This document shows, one piece after another, positions 59,091 to 64,000 of a stretch of 64,000 bases of DNA (within the stretch, counting starts at the first letter, position 1; each line of letters begins with the position of its first letter). Origin of the DNA: Eubacteriales bacterium (GTDB lineage Bacteria > Bacillota > Clostridia > Oscillospirales > CAG-382); contig JAZNIJ010000160.1 of the NCBI GenBank assembly GCA_045577455.1, positions 9,605-73,604 of the forward strand, read 5' to 3'. Under the pieces are notes generated by a model. It was not told the origin of the DNA and did no database searches. It worked only from the letters and a program-made list of their open reading frames with translations. A program made the position numbers and the translations under genes.

Positions 59091-61040
59091 TTGAGTAACC
59101 GTTTACAATATGAAACAAGTCCCTATCTTTTACAGCACAAAGAGAATCCTGTTGATTGGTATCCTTGGTGTGATGAAGCGTTTGAGCGTGCAAAGCAAGA
59201 GGACAAGCCCATCTTTTTAAGCATTGGGTATAGCGCTTGTCATTGGTGCCATGTGTTAGCGCATGAAAGTTTTGAGGATGACGAAATAGCAGAGATTTTA
59301 AACCGTGATTTTATTTCTATAAAGGTTGATAAGGAAGAACGCCCCGACATTGACAGCGTGTATATGGCAGTTTGTCAGGCATTTACCGGAAGCGGCGGTT
59401 GGCCAACAAGCATTTTTATGACGGCTGATCAAAAACCGTTTTTTGCAGGAACTTATTTCCCGAAAACTTCTCGGGGCGGAATGATTGGATTTAAAGAGCT
59501 TCTTATGTCTATAAGCAAGGTTTGGGAAAATGACAGGGCTTCGCTACTTGAACAATCAGAAGAGATTATCAATCATTTAAATCGAACCGAAGTTTCCAAT
59601 GATAATGCAGAAATTGAATTAACGCATTCTGCTGTATCGGTATATAACAAAATCTATGATGAAAAATACGGTGGGTTCGGTCATGCGCCAAAGTTCCCAA
59701 CACCGCATAATATTCTGTTCTTACTTTCCTATTACGAGCGATATAAAGATAAAAGCTGTCTTCAAATGGCGGAACATACACTTACACAAATGTACCGAGG
59801 CGGTATGTTTGACCATATCGGTTTTGGCTTTTGTCGTTATTCAACAGATAAAAAGTTTCTTGTGCCCCATTTTGAAAAGATGCTATATGACAACGCTTTG
59901 CTTATACTTGCTTACTGCAGGGCATACTGTGTAACAAATAACGGTTTATACCTTGAAATTGCCGAGAAAACAGCAGATTATATTTTGCGTGAAATGGCAT
60001 CAAAGAACGGTGGTTTTTTCAGTGCGCAGGATGCAGACAGCGATGGCGAGGAGGGAAAATATTATCTATTCACACCCGATGAAATTATTAAAGTTTTGGG
60101 TAGAGAGAACGGAGAAAAGTTCAACCGCCATTTTGATATAACAAGTACAGGGTGTTTTGAGGGAAAAAGTATTCCAAATCTGCTACACAGTGATCCGACA
60201 GATAAATCATTTGAGGCATTTTTACCAAAACTACAACAATTCAGAAAAAATCGGTATTCCCTTCATTTAGATGATAAGATTTTAACCTCGTGGAACTCAC
60301 TTATGATAGCTGCGATGTGCGAATTATATCTGATAAGCAAAAACGAGGTTTATCTGAATGCGGCTCAAAAAGCCGATGAATTTATAGGAAAACATCTTTG
60401 TGAAGATAATACGCTATTTGTCAGCTTTAGGGATGGAAAACGGGGAGTAAAAGGATTTTTAGATGATTATGCAAGCTATATATTTGCCGAACTTTCATTA
60501 TATAGAGCAACTTTGGATAACAGTTATTTAAACCGTGCAAAGCAGATTTGCGATAAGGTTGTAAATGATTTTGGTGATGACACAGGTGGATTTTATTTGT
60601 ATAGCAAACAAAGCGAAGAATTGATACTACGCCCCAAAGATGCCTATGATGGTGCAATTCCCAGCGGAAATTCACTAATGACATATAACTTTGTGAAGCT
60701 ATATCATTTGACGTTGGATGATAAATATAAAGCCCTTGCAGAAAAGCAGTTGGATTTTATTTCTGCTGCGGCTAATTCTTATCCGAGCAATCACGCAATG
60801 TTTTTAACAGCACTTTTAGAATATAACGAACCGCCAATGAAGGTTACTGTTGTTGATGATAATGCAAATATAAACAACTTTGCCTTGAATTTACCTGCAA
60901 ATGCAATGATTATTCTCTTGGAAAAACCCACCAAAGAACATTCGTTAAAGGATGGTAAGACTACCTATTATGTATGTAAGGGGCGTAGTTGTATGCCACC
61001 TACGAATGATTTGAATGAATTATTAAATGCACTCACCTGA
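59091..61040 (+). CDS. thioredoxin-domain protein, DUF255/YyaL family
   Basis: TTG start after [33 protein letters not shown]...[12 protein letters not shown] signature, plus an (alpha/alpha)6-like C-terminal domain. Confidence 0.85.
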   Translation: MSNRLQYETSPYLLQHKENPVDWYPWCDEAFERAKQEDKPIFLSIGYSACHWCHVLAHESFEDDEIAEILNRDFISIKVDKEERPDIDSVYMAVCQAFTGSGGWPTSIFMTADQKPFFAGTYFPKTSRGGMIGFKELLMSISKVWENDRASLLEQSEEIINHLNRTEVSNDNAEIELTHSAVSVYNKIYDEKYGGFGHAPKFPTPHNILFLLSYYERYKDKSCLQMAEHTLTQMYRGGMFDHIGFGFCRYSTDKKFLVPHFEKMLYDNALLILAYCRAYCVTNNGLYLEIAEKTADYILREMASKNGGFFSAQDADSDGEEGKYYLFTPDEIIKVLGRENGEKFNRHFDITSTGCFEGKSIPNLLHSDPTDKSFEAFLPKLQQFRKNRYSLHLDDKILTSWNSLMIAAMCELYLISKNEVYLNAAQKADEFIGKHLCEDNTLFVSFRDGKRGVKGFLDDYASYIFAELSLYRATLDNSYLNRAKQICDKVVNDFGDDTGGFYLYSKQSEELILRPKDAYDGAIPSGNSLMTYNFVKLYHLTLDDKYKALAEKQLDFISAAANSYPSNHAMFLTALLEYNEPPMKVTVVDDNANINNFALNLPANAMIILLEKPTKEHSLKDGKTTYYVCKGRSCMPPTNDLNELLNALT

Positions 61041-61047
61041 TGGTATA

Positions 61048-61135
61048 ACCACCGTTTTTTGCGCATAGCGAATAAAAGTTTTTAGGGCATGGGGTGTTTT
61101 TTCAAAAACACCCCATAAAACCCTCGTAAACCTTC
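61048..61135 (+). repeat. composite intergenic repeat, short GGGGTG subtype (E6)
   Basis: caccgttttttgcgcatagcgaataaaagtttttagggcatGGGGTGTTTTTTCAAAAACACCCCATaaaaccctcgtaaa. Confidence 0.8.
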
Positions 61136-61140
61136 AAATA

Positions 61141-61180
61141 AAAAAAGTCGTTTGGCAATAGCACCAAACGACTTTAATTT
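61141..61180. terminator. bidirectional terminator between convergent genes
   Basis: AAAGTCGTTTGG-caatagca-CCAAACGACTTT, flanked by A- and T-runs. Confidence 0.7.
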
Positions 61181-61234
61181 TCTTATTCAACGGCTTTTTT
61201 TACTGTTTGCGGCTTTTTTACCGCTTGCGGCTTT

Positions 61235-61633
61235 TTATTCTTCGTGGTGGCAGCAACCGCAATCGCAACCATCGTCTTCGCAATCGCAATCGCATTCTCC
61301 GTCTTCGCAATCACAATCGCAACCACAGCCACAACCGCAACCGTCGCCCATTGCTTCAACGAAAAGGTCAAAAACTGCTTTAAGTGTTTCTTCGTCTTCA
61401 ACAGATGAGAAAACTTCGTTTTCGCCTTCTTCGGTGTACTTAAGAATAACAACGCTGTCTGGTTCTTCTTCAGTTGCTAAAACTGCATACTGTTCGTCTT
61501 TGTAGTCAACGCTATCGATAAAGAAGAATTTCTGTTCGTTTCCGTCTTCATCGGTGAGCATAATGGCGCAATCGTCCATTTCTTCGTCGAGTTCTTCATC
61601 AAGGAAATCGTTTTGATTTTTTTCTGTGCTCAT
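61235..61633 (-). CDS. DUF1292-family protein with a Cys/Asp/Gly-rich C-terminal tail
   Basis: Start at the internal ATG (MSTEKNQ) after GGAG. ...IMLTDEDGNEQKFFFIDSVDYKDEQYAVL...VVILKY... is DUF1292-like. The tail is GDGCGCGCGCDCDCEDGECDCDCEDDGCDCGCCHHEE. Confidence 0.7.
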   Translation of the reverse strand: MSTEKNQNDFLDEELDEEMDDCAIMLTDEDGNEQKFFFIDSVDYKDEQYAVLATEEEPDSVVILKYTEEGENEVFSSVEDEETLKAVFDLFVEAMGDGCGCGCGCDCDCEDGECDCDCEDDGCDCGCCHHEE

Positions 61634-61814
61634 GGTAATTCTCCGTTTCATAGTTTTGTTATTTTTTGTTTTTTTTATTAGATGTGATGTTCAGCCAAGT
61701 TGTTTAACATAAAAATGTTTCAACTGACTGTATTTAGCTGATATATTGGTTAACTGCCCTTATTATAAACAAAGTTTCGTTAATTCAATATAAACAAAGT
61801 TTCATAAACCGAAC

Positions 61815-63626
61815 TTAAAGTTTTTTAAGAAGCTCAATATTCATTTCCATATATTCCTTAAGCTCTGCGGCACTGAGCTGTCTGGAAGCAACAACTGCAA
61901 GCATATAAGCGTGTTTTGCAATAAGCTCTGCATCCTCTTTGTTACCATCATCTGAGAGCTTTTTAATTTTCTCGCAAACAGGGGATGCGGCATTGATAAC
62001 AACCTCGTCTTTGCCATCGAGTGCATCTGAATCCATACCATACATTTTCATCATTTCGTACATTCTTCTGGAGTCCTCTGTTTTCTTAATAAGAACAGGA
62101 GCATCGTTTTCAGAAAGCGAAACAACGGAAATATCGGTTTCTTCCTTGCAAACTGCTTTAAATACTTCGCAAAGAACATCGCTTTCAGCATTTTCGCTAA
62201 GCTCGGAAAGGTCGGCATCAACTCTAAGGAACTTCAGCTTTGGATTCTTGCTTTCAACAAATGAAGCAAACTGTGAATCTATAACCTTATCAAAGCTGTA
62301 AACCGTTATACCCTTTTGTTCAAAAAGTGAAATATAATAGCTCTGCTGTTTTTCCTCTGTGAAATAATAGATTTTCTTTTCGCTGATTTCCTCGAAAGAA
62401 GCAAGGTTTTCTTCGCTCATTCCGATAACTTCACCAAGAGTTGCATATGTTTTGTCTGCCTTCTTGAAAAGCACAGCGGGTTTTATTCTTGCATAGAACT
62501 TTTCATCCCTGAGACAAGCATATTGCATATATGGTCTGATGGATTCCCAAGTTTTTTCGTAGCTTTCACGCTCAAGATTGAACATAGAGGTGATTTTATC
62601 TGCTATCTTTTTGGTAATATGTGCGCTGAGCTTCTTAACATAAGTGTTGTTCTGCAAATAGCTTCTTGAAACATTGAGAGGAAGCTCGGGGCAATCAAGC
62701 ACTGCCTTTATATTGAGAAGGTAATCGGGGATAACATCCTCAATATTGTCTGCAACGAAAACAGAGTTATAAAACAGCTTTGCTTCGGGTTTTGGTGCTT
62801 CCATACCGTGCTTTATTGCAGGGAAGAAGATAACGCCCTTGAAGTTAAGGGGATAATCTGCATTTATGTGGATATAGAACAAGGGGTCTTGATAATCAAG
62901 GAACACCTTGCGGTAAAACTCGTTATAATCCTTTGCTTCAAGCTCAGATGGGTTGCGTTGCCAGATTGGCTGTGTATCGTTGATAAGCTCTGCTTCTTTA
63001 TCGTCAACAGTGAGATAAATCTCAACAGGCATAAATGCACAGTAACGGTTGAGTATCTCTTTTATTTTTTCGCCGTCAAGATATGAAACCTCGTCGTCGG
63101 AAACATGAAGAATAATTTCCGTACCCTTGGTTTTCTTCTTGCCTTCTTTCATAGAATACTTGCCGTCGCTGTCGCACTTCCAAAGCACCGCAGGCGCATC
63201 GGTGTATGACTTTGTGTTCATCTCAACGGTGTCTGAAACCATAAATGCAGAGTAGAAACCTAAGCCGAAATGACCGATTATACCCGATGAAGCCCCTTCT
63301 TCGCCTTCGTATTTGGCAATGAAGTCAAGCGCGCCTGAAAGAGCTATCTGGTTTATATATTTTGAAACTTCTTCTTCAGACATACCAATTCCGTTATCGG
63401 TAACGGTTATTGTTTTCTTGTCTTTATTTATGTTAACATCAATTCTGTATGGTGTCTCGTCATCTGTAGCTTCGGAAAGAGAAACAAGACGCTTATGCTT
63501 TGTTATAGCATCGCAAGCGTTGGAAACAAGCTCTCTTATAAAAATATCCTTGTCTGAATAAAGCCATTTTTTGATAACGGGAAAAATATGCTCTGTTTGT
63601 ACGGAAATACCGCCTTTTTCTGCCAT
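61815..63626 (-). CDS. htpG: molecular chaperone HtpG (Hsp90)
   Basis: 603 aa. FIRELVSNACDA (GHKL N box), GIIGHFGLGFYSAF and the overall Hsp90 layout. Confidence 0.9.
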   Translation of the reverse strand: MAEKGGISVQTEHIFPVIKKWLYSDKDIFIRELVSNACDAITKHKRLVSLSEATDDETPYRIDVNINKDKKTITVTDNGIGMSEEEVSKYINQIALSGALDFIAKYEGEEGASSGIIGHFGLGFYSAFMVSDTVEMNTKSYTDAPAVLWKCDSDGKYSMKEGKKKTKGTEIILHVSDDEVSYLDGEKIKEILNRYCAFMPVEIYLTVDDKEAELINDTQPIWQRNPSELEAKDYNEFYRKVFLDYQDPLFYIHINADYPLNFKGVIFFPAIKHGMEAPKPEAKLFYNSVFVADNIEDVIPDYLLNIKAVLDCPELPLNVSRSYLQNNTYVKKLSAHITKKIADKITSMFNLERESYEKTWESIRPYMQYACLRDEKFYARIKPAVLFKKADKTYATLGEVIGMSEENLASFEEISEKKIYYFTEEKQQSYYISLFEQKGITVYSFDKVIDSQFASFVESKNPKLKFLRVDADLSELSENAESDVLCEVFKAVCKEETDISVVSLSENDAPVLIKKTEDSRRMYEMMKMYGMDSDALDGKDEVVINAASPVCEKIKKLSDDGNKEDAELIAKHAYMLAVVASRQLSAAELKEYMEMNIELLKKL

Positions 63627-63932
63627 TGTTTAAAACCTCCGTGAACTGTTTTGCATTTATGCCCTGTGGCATACCTAATGGATTTGTGTTATTGAAATAG
63701 GGTAATGGGGGATAGCCCCATATCTCTCTGAAAAGTAAAAAAACAAAAAATTCATCGCCCCAACGGTTGAAATATGAAATTAAATTCACCACAGAAACCG
63801 CATTAAAGCGTTTGTTCTTAAAGTGAAATAACCCAAATGATTGAATTGTTAAATGAAATTTACCACATTTGCGAAGCAAATATTTCACATTTCGCAGAAA
63901 TGTTTCACTTGCCCGAAGGGAAAATTTTACTG

Positions 63933-63966
63933 AAAAAAGCCATACGCATAAGCGAATGGCTTTTTT
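63933..63966 (-). terminator. intrinsic terminator downstream of the tRNA gene(s)
   Basis: AAAAAAGCCAT-12 nt-ATGGCTTTTTT. A perfect stem with runs on both sides. Confidence 0.7.
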
Positions 63967-63970
63967 CTGT

Positions 63971-64000
63971 TGGTGGAGCATACGGGACTCGAACCCGTGA
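63971..64000 (-). tRNA. tRNA gene, 3' part only (identity undetermined)
   Basis: The reverse complement reads ...CACGGGTTCGAGTCCCGTATGCTCCACCA. That gives T-stem ACGGG/CCCGT, T-loop TTCGAGT, a 7-nt acceptor strand, a discriminator A and an encoded CCA. The anticodon lies outside the window. Confidence 0.75.

Noticed and set aside
61152-61505. ORFs 61152..61505 (+) and 61183..61452 (-).
   Set aside because: They are alternative-frame readings of the repetitive Cys/Asp-tail DNA of the DUF1292 gene. Only the 61235..61633 frame gives a recognisable domain and an RBS.
63627-63930. Heat-shock operator (CIRCE or CtsR box) upstream of htpG.
   Set aside because: No TTAGCACTC-N9-GAGTGCTAA or GGTCAAA tandem was seen. 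Only scattered GTGAAAT/ATTTCAC strings occur, and I cannot interpret them.
63493-63981. 162-aa minus-strand ORF upstream of htpG.
   Set aside because: It overlaps the htpG start and the tRNA terminator, has no RBS, and translates as low-information Phe/Lys/Arg-rich text.

Overview
The window is a low-GC Firmicutes (Clostridia-like) chromosome segment: GGAGG ribosome-binding sites, a SCIFF peptide locus and a dockerin module all point that way. All product names come from motifs read by eye in the ORF translations. No database search was possible.

**Layout**
- **1-13.2 kb:** the right arm of a prophage or integrative element. Its minus-strand early module holds three DNA methyltransferases, an SF2 helicase split by an intein, VRR-NUC, DUF669, HD, an AAA_24-type ATPase and a Cas4-like exonuclease. 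A Cro/CI-type divergent switch and a large serine recombinase follow at the junction.
- **13.19-13.44 kb:** two tandem copies of a covarying structured element that I cannot classify, boxed in by two bidirectional terminators.
- **14.1-15.9 kb:** scfA/scfB (SCIFF ranthipeptide precursor plus radical-SAM maturase).
- **15.9-26 kb:** a PLP decarboxylase-like gene, a YnbB-like gene and two BspA-type LRR surface proteins, one of them about 1700 aa with a dockerin.
- **26-31 kb:** a small accessory patch with an XRE/YpsA-like pair, a replicon remnant with iterons, and the first of five AAA_14-DUF4143 ATPase-nuclease paralogues.
- **31.3-40 kb:** one operon, tviB-like, tviC-like, two LRR proteins, a CapK-like ligase and an SGNH hydrolase.
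- **40-64 kb:** four more DUF4143 paralogues mixed with housekeeping genes (trxA, deoC, ilvE, pgeF, proC, htpG and others) and a partial tRNA at the right edge.

The non-coding DNA is unusually rich in genome-specific repeats: GTGATAA heptamer arrays, a composite GGGTGTGGGTGT palindromic element, (GTACAA)n, a 19-bp array and duplicated terminators.

**Leads I rank highest**
1. The intein with a homing-endonuclease gene overprinted in a second reading frame.
2. The tandem structured element at the prophage junction.
3. The cluster of AAA_14-DUF4143 genes.
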